A stretch of 64,000 bases of DNA from an uncultured Massilimicrobiota sp. GTDB lineage: Bacteria > Bacillota_I > Bacilli_A > Erysipelotrichales > Coprobacillaceae. Within the stretch, counting starts at the first letter, position 1, and the number at the start of each line of letters is the position of its first letter. The stretch spans positions 83,856 to 147,855 of the forward strand of contig CALVFK010000001.1 in NCBI GenBank assembly GCA_944326805.1, in the 5' to 3' direction. The notes under the pieces were generated by a model. It saw only the letters and a list, made by a program, of their open reading frames with translations. It did not search any database and was not told where the DNA came from. A program made the translations under genes and the position numbers. Below are positions 1 to 10,000 of the stretch, piece after piece.

Positions 1-16
1 TTTCACCTCCATATAT

Positions 17-45
17 TATTATGTCTGTCTTTTTGATGAATATAC
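17..45 (-). promoter_or_regulatory. sigmaG-type forespore promoter for a gene starting just left of the window
   Basis: Minus strand GTATA-N17-CATAATA inside the 3' end of cse60, followed by RBS GGAGGTG at 4-10. Confidence 0.55.
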
Positions 46-204
46 AATCAAACAACTAAAACTGTATTCAAGTTGCCCATGACATGATGTCAAAGCGACC
101 TGATATTGCATATCTTGAATATCAGGATTTTCTTTTTGAACAAATTCATTTAAGGCATCTTCTAAATCTAATTCATGTCCTTTTTCAATAATTTTTATTT
201 TCAT
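19..204 (-). CDS. Sporulation protein Cse60 (DUF2758) family
   Basis: 61 aa; pattern HELDLEDALNEFV...YQVA...YSFSCLIVY typical of Cse60/YteV. Confidence 0.75.
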   Translation of the reverse strand: MKIKIIEKGHELDLEDALNEFVQKENPDIQDMQYQVALTSCHGQLEYSFSCLIVYSSKRQT

Positions 205-243
205 ATGCTCATTATAACATCATGTCTATCAAAAGAATGTCAT

Positions 244-1122
244 TTATTGACGGATTTCAATTGCAAACATACAAGTAAATTCTTGTTGTGGTTCTAAAGC
301 AATCATACCTTCCTTATCTTTAAATTCACCATGAAAATCAATATAATCTCCATGTCCATTCCAAGGTTCTAAAGCTAACAACCCTCCTACATGTTTACTT
401 GCCCAGATTCCTAAATGTGGATAATTTTCCATATGGAAATAAATAGCTTTTTGATGATGAATTGATTTCAAAGCAACATAACTTGATTGGAAATTCTTCA
501 ATACAATGGCATCATTATCTAATAAAGCCTGTCGTACAAAGAAACGTCTTTCATGATCAAAAAATGGCTTTGTTACACGCGACATGGCACGATGAGGTAC
601 ATCTATGACTTTTTGTTCAAGAGTTTCTTCTTTTTCAAACTCAACATAATAATCATTGCTAGATTCATGTTCCATCAATGGACAAGCAAAAGCAGGATGT
701 CCACCAATCTGGAAATAAATTGTTTTATCATCTGTATTTTTAACGATACAACGACATTCTAATGTGTTCTCTTTTAAAGTATATATAACTTTTAAATTAA
801 ACAGATAAGGATACTGTTTTAAAATGTCTTCATTAGGTGTAAGTTCAAATTCAACACATGTATCTGAAAGTTGATGAGTCATATACTCATTGTGTCTAGA
901 AAAACCATGTTGTGTCATATGATATGTTTTTCCTTCAATTAGACACTCATCATTATGTAATGCTCTAATGATTCGAAAAAGAATAGGAGCACTGCTTGCC
1001 CATAAAGCAGGATCTCTACGCCACATATAATTAATATGGTCGTGTTGTCCAATGATTTTAATAATTTCTGCCCCTTTAGCATTTAATTCAACTTCTAATT
1101 CACTGTTTTTTAAAGTTACCAT
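244..1122 (-). CDS. Aldose 1-epimerase family protein (LacX-like)
   Basis: KGAE, YMW, QHGFSR, GGHPAF, LEPWNG motifs. Confidence 0.85.
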   Translation of the reverse strand: MVTLKNSELEVELNAKGAEIIKIIGQHDHINYMWRRDPALWASSAPILFRIIRALHNDECLIEGKTYHMTQHGFSRHNEYMTHQLSDTCVEFELTPNEDILKQYPYLFNLKVIYTLKENTLECRCIVKNTDDKTIYFQIGGHPAFACPLMEHESSNDYYVEFEKEETLEQKVIDVPHRAMSRVTKPFFDHERRFFVRQALLDNDAIVLKNFQSSYVALKSIHHQKAIYFHMENYPHLGIWASKHVGGLLALEPWNGHGDYIDFHGEFKDKEGMIALEPQQEFTCMFAIEIRQ

Positions 1123-1133
1123 ATTTTTCTCCT

Positions 1134-2264
1134 CTATTTCATTTGTCCTTTAATCATTGTCTGTAGAATTTGAATATCATCATCAAAGAAGATAATATCT
1201 GCATAATTTCCTACTTTAATTTCTCCAAGCAATGGTTCATTTAAGCTTTGAGCCGGATTATAACTTGCAAGATTGACAGCTTCATTTAACGTTAACCCTA
1301 AATGTTCATAAGCATTTTTAACAGCCACGTTCATAGAAACAATGCTTCCTGCCAAAGTTCCATCAATTAATCTCGCTTCACCATCTTTAACATAAACATC
1401 TTGATTTCCTAAAAGATATTTTCCATTTTCCAGTCCTGCTGCTTCTAATGAATCAGTAATCAAAATGAGTTTATCTTTTCCTTTTGTACGTAACAATACT
1501 TTTGCCGCAGCATAATTAACATGGACACCATCTAATATCAATTCGGCATAAACACTATCATTAATCATCACAGCACCAACAACACCAGGTGCACGATGTG
1601 TCAAAGGTGTCATAGCATTATAAGTATGTGTTCCTGAAGTTGCTCCCGCATCAATAGCCGCCTGTGCCTGTTCATATGTTGCATTTGTATGACCTAAAGA
1701 AACAACTGTATTTTTATCTTTAAGATAGGCAATCAATTCTAAAGAATGCTCTAATTCAGGAGCAATAGATATTTTTCTAACTACATCTTGATGATCTTTA
1801 ACAAAAGACAAATAGTTTTCAACTGTAGGTAAAATCATACATTCTTCTGGCTGAGCACCTTTATATTTTTTATTAAAGAAAGGTCCCTCCAGGTGTGTAC
1901 CCAAAATCTGCGCTCCTTCTACTTGATCTTTGTAAGTTGCGATATTATCAACAGCCTTTGTAATATCATCAACTGGCATTGTCATAGTTGTTGGTAAAAA
2001 AGATGTGACACCTGTTTTCAAAGTTGCTTTTGAAATTGTATTCAAATCTTCAAAAGTCGCATACATTGTATCACTACCACCACGTCCATGCGTATGTACA
2101 TCGATAAAACCAGGGCTGACATAAGCTCCTTTAGCATCAATGATTTCTTCTTCTGTTGGCTGACGGTCACTTATTTCAATAATTTTATCACCATCAATAA
2201 ATACATTTTTTTCTACAATTTCATCATGTAGAATCACTTTCCCGTTTACAATACATTTTTTCAT
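1134..2264 (-). CDS. nagA: N-acetylglucosamine-6-phosphate deacetylase
   Basis: PGFIDVHTHG, HLEGPF, GHTNA, THTYNAM, DGVH, TLAGS motifs; sigmaA promoter TTGAAG-17-TATAAT and RBS upstream. Confidence 0.95.
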   Translation of the reverse strand: MKKCIVNGKVILHDEIVEKNVFIDGDKIIEISDRQPTEEEIIDAKGAYVSPGFIDVHTHGRGGSDTMYATFEDLNTISKATLKTGVTSFLPTTMTMPVDDITKAVDNIATYKDQVEGAQILGTHLEGPFFNKKYKGAQPEECMILPTVENYLSFVKDHQDVVRKISIAPELEHSLELIAYLKDKNTVVSLGHTNATYEQAQAAIDAGATSGTHTYNAMTPLTHRAPGVVGAVMINDSVYAELILDGVHVNYAAAKVLLRTKGKDKLILITDSLEAAGLENGKYLLGNQDVYVKDGEARLIDGTLAGSIVSMNVAVKNAYEHLGLTLNEAVNLASYNPAQSLNEPLLGEIKVGNYADIIFFDDDIQILQTMIKGQMK

Positions 2265-2316
2265 CTTATACGTCCTCCTTCCTTTATTATATGCTTATTA
2301 TGAATATTCTTCAAAT

Positions 2317-2349
2317 AAAAAAGATTTCTAATCGTTAGAAATCTTTTTT
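2317..2349 (-). terminator. Intrinsic terminator of the nusA-infB-rbfA operon
   Basis: AAAAAAGATTTCTAA-tcg-TTAGAAATCTTTTTT inverted repeat overlapping the rbfA stop. Confidence 0.8.
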
Positions 2350-2681
2350 TGGTCATGTAATTCTTCAATAATGCTTTCAATTTTATTTCCATATTCTAAA
2401 GATGTATCCATGACAAATTGAAGTTCAGGACATTTACGAATAGTTAAACGTTTAGCTAGTAAACTGCGAATAAAGCCTTTAGAATGCTGTAGAGCTTCCA
2501 TTCTCTTTTGAGGATTTATAATCAAAAAAGATACATAAACTTTCGCAATAGATAAGTCATTTGTAACTTCAACACCAGTAATTGTACAAAAACCAACAGC
2601 TGGATCCTTAACTTCCATTTGAATAATATCAGAAAGTTCTCTTTGAATAATATTATTAATTTTTTCTTTTTTTAACACCAT
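2328..2681 (-). CDS. rbfA: Ribosome-binding factor A
   Basis: TITGVEVTNDLSIAKVYVS and IRKCPELQFVMD motifs; follows infB. Confidence 0.95.
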   Translation of the reverse strand: MVLKKEKINNIIQRELSDIIQMEVKDPAVGFCTITGVEVTNDLSIAKVYVSFLIINPQKRMEALQHSKGFIRSLLAKRLTIRKCPELQFVMDTSLEYGNKIESIIEELHDQKKISND

Positions 2682-2694
2682 AAAAAATTAACGC

Positions 2695-4545
2695 CTACTT
2701 TCTTTCTACTTCTTCCATAATGAAACCTTCAATAATATCTCCTTCTTTAATATCATTGTAGTTTTCAATTGTCATACCACATTCATAACCAGTTGATACT
2801 TCTTTAGCATCATCTTTAAAACGTTTTAAAGAAGCTAGTTTTCCTTCATAAATCACAACACCTTGACGAATCAAGCGAATTCCACAATCACGACGAATAT
2901 AACCATCAGTCACATAAGATCCAGCAATATTTCCTACTTTAGATACTTTAATAACTTGTCTGATTTCTGCCTGACCAGTGACAACTTCTTCTAATTCAGG
3001 AGCCAGCATACCTCGCATTGCTGCTTCAATTTCTTCAACCATCTTATAGATAATATTGTGTAGTCTGATTTCTACACCTTCTTCTTCAGCCTTACGTCTG
3101 ACATTAGCATCTGGACGTACATTAAATCCATAAATAATAGCTTTTGAAGCACTTGCTAATAAGACATCTGATTCACTGATTGCCCCCACTGTTGAACGAA
3201 TAACATTCACTCGGACACCATCAATGTCAATTTTTTCTAATGAGCCTTTAACAGCTTCAGCTGTTCCATTCACATCAGCTTTAACAATAATATTCAGATG
3301 AGCTACTTGACCTTCTTTGATTTGGTTAAATAAATCATCTAAGCTCATAGCTGAGCTGACACCACGATCTTGTTCCTGTTTTGCTTTTTGTCTTTCTTCT
3401 CCAACATGACGAGCCATTTTTTCTGTTTCAAATGCCATGAATTTATCACCTGCAACAGGGACATCATTTAAACCTGTAATTTCAACAGGTGTAGATGGCC
3501 CAGCTTCTTTCAATTCTTTTCCATGATCACCTAACATTTGACGCACACGTCCAAAAGCTGTTCCTACTACAATAGGATCTCCTGCTCTCAAAGTTCCATT
3601 TTGAACAAGCAATGTTGCAACAGGTCCACGCCCCTTATCCAAACGTCCTTCTACAACGCTACCATAAGCATAACGTTTAGGATTAGCTTTTAAATCTGCA
3701 AGTTCAGCGACAACAGTCAATGTTTCCAATAATTCTTCAATACCAATTCCCTTTTTAGCTGAAATGTTACAATAAACAGTATCTCCACCCCATTCTTCAG
3801 GCATCAGTCCTAGTTCACTCATTTCACCTTTAATACGTTCAGGATCAGCACCTTCTTTATCAATTTTATTAATGGCAACAACAATTGGAACCCCAGCAGC
3901 CAAGGCATGGTCTACAGCTTCTTTTGTTTGTGGCATCACACCATCATCAGCAGCGACAACAATGATAACAATATCTGTTAACTGTGCTCCTCGAGCACGC
4001 ATAGCTGTAAAAGCTTCATGACCAGGTGTATCTAAGAAAGTAATCTTCTTACCACCCACTTCAACTTGATAAGCACCGATATGTTGAGTAATACCACCAA
4101 ACTCACCTTCAGCAACTCTTGATTTTCGAATATAATCAAGCAATGTTGTTTTTCCATGATCGACATGTCCCATAATTGTGACAACTGGTGGTCTACCAAC
4201 TAAGTCAGCCTCATCATCAATGATTTCAATATCTTCAAAATTAATTTCGCTGACTACAACTTTCTTTTTGGCTTCATACCCATATTCAAGGCAAATCAAT
4301 TCAACTTGCTCATCAGTCAATGATGAATTGATTGTTACCATAGTTCCAAGCATGAATAAGACTTTAATAACATTAGCTGGTGTCTGTCCAATCATTTCAG
4401 CCAATTCACCAACAGTAATTCCATCTTCATACTCAACAATTCCATCACCTAATTTCTTTTCTTCCTTTTTTTGAGGAATATTAGAAATTAATTTTTTCTT
4501 ATGCTGATTTCCTTTCTTTTTTGCAGATGTATTCTTTTTTGCCAT
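2695..4545 (-). CDS. infB: Translation initiation factor IF-2 (short N-terminus)
   Basis: [25 protein letters not shown]; start moved to ATG 4545 behind GAGGAGG. Confidence 0.97.
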   Translation of the reverse strand: MAKKNTSAKKKGNQHKKKLISNIPQKKEEKKLGDGIVEYEDGITVGELAEMIGQTPANVIKVLFMLGTMVTINSSLTDEQVELICLEYGYEAKKKVVVSEINFEDIEIIDDEADLVGRPPVVTIMGHVDHGKTTLLDYIRKSRVAEGEFGGITQHIGAYQVEVGGKKITFLDTPGHEAFTAMRARGAQLTDIVIIVVAADDGVMPQTKEAVDHALAAGVPIVVAINKIDKEGADPERIKGEMSELGLMPEEWGGDTVYCNISAKKGIGIEELLETLTVVAELADLKANPKRYAYGSVVEGRLDKGRGPVATLLVQNGTLRAGDPIVVGTAFGRVRQMLGDHGKELKEAGPSTPVEITGLNDVPVAGDKFMAFETEKMARHVGEERQKAKQEQDRGVSSAMSLDDLFNQIKEGQVAHLNIIVKADVNGTAEAVKGSLEKIDIDGVRVNVIRSTVGAISESDVLLASASKAIIYGFNVRPDANVRRKAEEEGVEIRLHNIIYKMVEEIEAAMRGMLAPELEEVVTGQAEIRQVIKVSKVGNIAGSYVTDGYIRRDCGIRLIRQGVVIYEGKLASLKRFKDDAKEVSTGYECGMTIENYNDIKEGDIIEGFIMEEVERK

Positions 4546-4558
4546 AATATCAACCTCC

Positions 4559-4852
4559 TCATTTTGATTTGATTTTATTTGCAAAACCTTTATCCAATAT
4601 ACCTAAAGCCACACGATTATCTTTACCAATGGCTCTTGAAATTTCCTCAATCGTTCCATCAATCTGATAATCCACATGATAATAAGTACATTTATCAATG
4701 TATCTTTTTTTTGTATTCTCACTGGCATCTTGGGCAATTAAGACAAAATAAGCTTTTTGACTACGAATAGACTTCATTAAAATATCACCCGTCGCTATTT
4801 TTCTGGCACGCATTGCCAGTCCTAATAAAGATGCCTTATTTTTATCCAACAT
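4559..4852 (-). CDS. ylxQ: L7Ae-family RNA-binding protein (YlxQ)
   Basis: [24 protein letters not shown] motifs; position in nusA operon. Confidence 0.9.
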   Translation of the reverse strand: MLDKNKASLLGLAMRARKIATGDILMKSIRSQKAYFVLIAQDASENTKKRYIDKCTYYHVDYQIDGTIEEISRAIGKDNRVALGILDKGFANKIKSK

Positions 4853-5096
4853 ATTTTTTCAATTCGTCATAAATACTATCTGGAATATCAACTTCCAGAG
4901 ATTTCTTTAAAACGCCTTTCTTTTGAGCTAATTCAATGGCTTCTAAACTTCTTTTTAAATAAGCCCCTCTACCATTCATTTTACCAGTAGGGTCAACAAA
5001 AACTTCTCCCTCTTTATTTCTAACAACACGAATTAATTCTTTTTTAGGAAGTTGTTCATGTGTTGCGACACATTTTCTTAAAGGTATTTTTCGCAT
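4842..5096 (-). CDS. ylxR: YlxR/RnpM (DUF448) RNA-binding protein
   Basis: PLRKCVAT, KKELIRVV, GRGAY motifs. Confidence 0.92.
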   Translation of the reverse strand: MRKIPLRKCVATHEQLPKKELIRVVRNKEGEVFVDPTGKMNGRGAYLKRSLEAIELAQKKGVLKKSLEVDIPDSIYDELKKYVG

Positions 5097-5108
5097 TCAA
5101 AATCACCC

Positions 5109-6461
5109 CTATTTTTCATCATAATATTTATCAAATTCATCATAATCAATATCTTCGTCATATTTTGGATCATAATCATAATCTTCATAGTCATCGTCAT
5201 AATCATCATAATCATCAAATGTTTCCTCATCAAGACTATCGTCTTCTACCATATCATCTTCTTGAAGGTCAGGAACTTCTTGTTCAACTTCATTTTCAAA
5301 AGTTTCTTCTTCAAAAATTTCTTCTTCAACATTATCTTGCTCTACAACATCATCCTGTTTTGTCATTTCTGCTTCAAATGATTTTTCAAATTCTGCATCA
5401 GTTCCATAAACAATACCTTCACTTGCTGCTTCGCTGACTGATTTAATATCAATTTTCCATCCTGTTAAACGCACAGCCAAACGTGCATTTTGACCTCTTT
5501 TACCAATAGCTAATGATAACTGATTGTCTGGCACAATAACCAATGCACTATGATCATCTTCATGAATTTCAACATGGACAACATCAGATGGTGAAAGCGC
5601 ATGTGAAATATAAACAACAGGATCTTCACTCCATTCAATGATATCCACCATTTCACCATTCAGTTCATTCACAACATTACGAACACGTGCTCCTTTTGGT
5701 CCAACGCAGGCACCAATTGGATCAATATTTTCCTGGCTTGTATAAACAGCAATTTTACTACGATCTCCAGCTTCACGTGATACTGATTTGATTTCTACAG
5801 TCCCATCATAAATTTCTGGAACTTCCATTTCAAACAATCTTTTTACTAATCCTGGTTCCGTTCTTGAGACACCAATATGTGTACCTTTTGTATTACGTTC
5901 TACATCACTGACATAAACTTTAATACGTTGCCCTTCATAAATCTTTTCACCTGGAATTTGTTGTTTTAAAGGTAATAGAGCACCCGTTCTACCAATGTTA
6001 ATAATCGCAAAACGTTCTTCTACACGATCAACAGTTCCATTAATAATATCATCTTTTTTATCAATATATTCATTATATAATGTTTCTTTTTCAGCTTCTC
6101 TGATTTTTTGTTTTAAAAGCTGTTTTGTTTGAATTGCTGCTAAACGCCCGAAGACTTCAGGATCAACTTCAGTAACAACATCATCACCTATTTGATATTT
6201 AGGATTAATCATTTGTGCTTCTTCTAAAGACAATTCATAATCTTCGTCATTTACATCATCAACAACATGTTTAATCTCATATAAACGAATTTTTCCAGTG
6301 ATTTCATTAATTTCCACACGAATAATAGATTCAGGTCCCCCATAATTCTTTTTATATGATTTTTCTAGTGCTTCTTTTAAAGCATCAAGAACAACTTCTT
6401 TCTTGATTCCTTTTTCACTTTCTAATAAATCAAGTGCCTGAATAAATTTTTTACTAGCCAT
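5109..6461 (-). CDS. nusA: Transcription termination/antitermination factor NusA with acidic C-terminal tail
   Basis: FGRLAAIQTKQ, REAGDRSKIAV, GACVG, SLAIGKRGQNARLA. Confidence 0.97.
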   Translation of the reverse strand: MASKKFIQALDLLESEKGIKKEVVLDALKEALEKSYKKNYGGPESIIRVEINEITGKIRLYEIKHVVDDVNDEDYELSLEEAQMINPKYQIGDDVVTEVDPEVFGRLAAIQTKQLLKQKIREAEKETLYNEYIDKKDDIINGTVDRVEERFAIINIGRTGALLPLKQQIPGEKIYEGQRIKVYVSDVERNTKGTHIGVSRTEPGLVKRLFEMEVPEIYDGTVEIKSVSREAGDRSKIAVYTSQENIDPIGACVGPKGARVRNVVNELNGEMVDIIEWSEDPVVYISHALSPSDVVHVEIHEDDHSALVIVPDNQLSLAIGKRGQNARLAVRLTGWKIDIKSVSEAASEGIVYGTDAEFEKSFEAEMTKQDDVVEQDNVEEEIFEEETFENEVEQEVPDLQEDDMVEDDSLDEETFDDYDDYDDDYEDYDYDPKYDEDIDYDEFDKYYDEK

Positions 6462-6476
6462 TTTTTATGATCCTCC

Positions 6477-6938
6477 TTAAAATTGAACAGCTAACCTTAT
6501 AAATGCTATATCATTGTAATCAATAATACATTTTTTCTTTATATTTTTTACCAAATATTGCAATTCAATGCGTGTATCTTCCACATTTAGAATTGTTCCA
6601 TAAACATCATTCATTCCGGCTGTTGGATTCTTAAATTGAATATATACATATTCACCTACAGATTCCTGCACCTTTTGTAATGTTTTTAAAGGTTTTTCAG
6701 CACCAGGTGAAGATACTTCCAAATAATATTCATCAGCGATCAAATCTTCCTGATCTAACATCTCACTAATAGCTTCACTGACAGCCACACACGTATCCAT
6801 ATCTAGATGCCCATTATTTTTTTCAATAAAAATACGTAAGTACCATTCATTTTTTTCTTTGACATATTCGATGTCATCAAGATAAACATCATGTTCATCC
6901 AGTATAGGTTGAATAAGTTGCGTTATTTTTTCTAACAT
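6477..6938 (-). CDS. rimP: Ribosome maturation factor RimP
   Basis: YYLEVSSPGAEKPL motif; first gene of nusA operon. Confidence 0.95.
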   Translation of the reverse strand: MLEKITQLIQPILDEHDVYLDDIEYVKEKNEWYLRIFIEKNNGHLDMDTCVAVSEAISEMLDQEDLIADEYYLEVSSPGAEKPLKTLQKVQESVGEYVYIQFKNPTAGMNDVYGTILNVEDTRIELQYLVKNIKKKCIIDYNDIAFIRLAVQF

Positions 6939-6962
6939 ATAATCCTCCGTCTACAAATATAA

Positions 6963-6984
6963 ACGAGAGGGTTCCCCCTCTCGT
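6963..6984 (-). promoter_or_regulatory. rimP leader hairpin (terminator-like attenuator)
   Basis: ACGAGAGGG-ggaa-CCCTCTCGT followed by TTAT, between a TTGTTT-17-TATATT promoter and the rimP RBS. Confidence 0.7.
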
Positions 6985-7051
6985 AAATCACTGATTACTT
7001 TTATAATATAACATAATCAATTACAAAAAACAATGCTTTCATCATTATTTT

Positions 7052-10000
7052 TTACCATAAATCAAATAATGATAATTGATTTTCTTCTGACATATTTTCA
7101 AAAGCGCCAAGCTTTGTTAAAAAATCAATTTGATTATTTGTTAATTTTGTACGTTTCATCACGTCTTCTTTGGATAAAAACTTATTGTGCTGACGTGCTT
7201 CAACGACACTATCACCAACCGATGTTCCTAGCCCATCAATAGAAACAAATGGTGGCAACAAAGCTGTATCATCATCTGGATCCATTATAAAATTTTGTGA
7301 ATCTGATTTTTCCAAAGAAATATTACTGAAATGGTAACCACGTTCAAACATCTCTAAAGCAATTTCAAAAACAGAAATCAAAGCTTCTTCTTTATTAGAA
7401 ATCTTGATACCATTTTGTTTGTCATTCAAAATACTTTGATATTTATGATACACTGCATCGCGTCCTTGAATCATCGTTTCGATGTCATAGGCATCACAAC
7501 GTGTTGTAAAATAAACCGCATAGTATTCTCTAGGATAATACAGTTTCCACCAGGCTACACGAACAGCACTTAAAACATAGGCTGCTGCATGAGCTTTAGG
7601 GAACATATATTTAATCTTCTTACATGATTCAATATACCATGTTGGGACATCATGTTGTCGCATCAATTCTTCATATTTCTTTTCCGGAAAGACAACTGGC
7701 GATTTCCCTTTACGAACACATTCCATAATATCAAAGGCATCTTTATTTGGTAAACCTTTTTCAATTAAATAGACCATGATATCATCTCGACATCCAATAA
7801 CTTCTTTTAATGTACATGTGCCTGAGCTAATTAAAGTTTCTGCATTTCCTAAATAAACATCTGTTCCATGTGAAAGTCCTGATAAAATAACGAGATCACT
7901 GAATGATGTTGGATGCGTCTGTTCCAGCATTCCACGCACAAACTTTGTTCCAAATTCCGGTAATCCTAAAGCGCCTGTCTTACAATTCAAAAAACTCAAA
8001 TCAATACCTAATGCATCTGTGGAATTAAATAAACTCATGACCTTAGGATCATTGGTTGGAATATCCTTAGGATTAACACCTGTTAAATCCTGTAACATTC
8101 TAATCACTGTTGGATCAACATGACCTAGAATATCAAATTTCAAAACATTGTCATGAATAGCATGGAAATCAAAGTGTGTTGTTCTCCATTCAGCAGTTAA
8201 ATCATCTGCGGGATACTGATAAGGTGTAAAATCAAAGACATCCATATTTTCTGGGATAACAATAATACCTCCAGGATGCTGTCCAGTTGTACGTTTCACG
8301 CCTGTACATCCTTTGGCTATTCTTTCTAACTCTGCTTGACGCATCGTATTTTCTTTTCCCATTAATTCAGCATACCCTTTAGCATAACCATAAGCCGTTT
8401 TTTCTGCCACTGTTGAAATTGTTCCAGCACGATAAACGTGGCTCTCTCCAAAAATTTCTTTTGTATAGGCATGAGCAGTAGGCTGATAATCCCCAGAAAA
8501 GTTTAAATCAATATCTGGTACTTTATCAGCATTAAAACCTAAGAATGTTTCAAATGGAATATTATGTCCATCTCCTTTTAAAGGATGACCACATTTTGGA
8601 CACGTTTTATTTGGTAAATCATACCCATTTGCAATATAGCCTTCTGGTAAAAACTCATTATATTGACAATGTGGACAATAATAATGTGGTGGCAATGGAT
8701 TTACTTCAGATATATTAGCCATTGTTGCAACAAAAGAAGACCCTACTGATCCTCGGCTTCCAACCAGATAACCAGCTTCATTTGATTTCTTAACCAATTT
8801 ATGAGCAATATAATAAATTACGCCAAACCCATGTTTAATAATATTATCCAATTCTTTTGTTAAACGCTTTTCAACAATATCTGGTAAAACTTCACCATAT
8901 TGTTTATGTGCATTGTCAAAACAGAGCTGACGTAAATTTTCATCCGCATTATCAATATGAGGTGTAAACAATTTGTCATGAACAACATGGAATGTTCCAT
9001 CAATCATATCAGCAATCTTGTTTGTATTTTCAACAACATATTCATATTTTTCATCTTCGCTCAAATAAGATAGACTGTCCATCATTTCTTCAGTTGTACG
9101 TAAATATTCATCTGGCGTCCATGCTGTGGGATTAGAACGATCAGTCAAAGGATGTAAAGCTCCTCCTAACCCAATTTTAGGATTACAAGTAAAAACATCT
9201 CTAAAGATTTTATCTTTTTGATCAAGGTAATGAACGTCGCCAGTCGCAACAATCATTTTTCCCATTTCTTTAGCAGTATCTACAATACGGCGTAAAATAC
9301 GGATTAAATCTTCTTGTGTATCTATACGTCCACGTTCCACAAAATATTGACAGATATCTAATGGCATAATTTCAATATAATCGTAAAATGATATTGCCTG
9401 TTTTAATTCATCAAGACTTCTTGTCATAGCCAGATCAAAGATTTCCGAGTTATAACAGCCACTTCCAAATAATAGCCCTTCACGATAAAATTCAAGTCGT
9501 TCACGAGGAATACGAGATGTTTTTTCAAAATAAGTTGTGTTGGCTTCTGAAACAAGTTTAAACATGTTTTTTAATCCCGTTTTGTCTTTAGCAAGGACAC
9601 ACATATGTTTAGGGCGTACAATCTTATAGGCATTAGGACATTCCATAGCATTCATATCCATCACATCATAATACCCCTGCTGCATCAAATCATGCAACAT
9701 CATATTAAAAACACCAGCCAAAACCTCCGCATCATAATCAGCTCGGTGAGCATCGTCCCCATCATATGGAATACGATAATGTCTTGCAACATTTCCTAAA
9801 CGATACCCTTTTAAATCAGGGAGCAGTTTCCATGCCAGAGTCAATGAATCTATAGCTGTATTTTTTAATTTTGGATAACCATAACGTACAAGAATTTCAT
9901 TTAAAAAACCTACATCGAATGTCGCATTATGCGCCACAATCACATCATCCTGGAAGAAATCAAGAATTTGTGGAATGAATTCTTCAATGGTTGGAGCATC

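Noticed and set aside
4178-4474. Plus-strand ORFs antisense to infB, nusA, tsf, tig, pfk, ppdK and others (e.g. 5060-5437, 17214-17558, 34884-35177)
   Set aside because: Shadow ORFs opposite highly conserved genes; no RBS or recognisable motifs
5140-5230. ATC/GTC/ATA trinucleotide-like repeats
   Set aside because: Codon pattern of the NusA Asp/Tyr tail, not a CRISPR array or independent repeat
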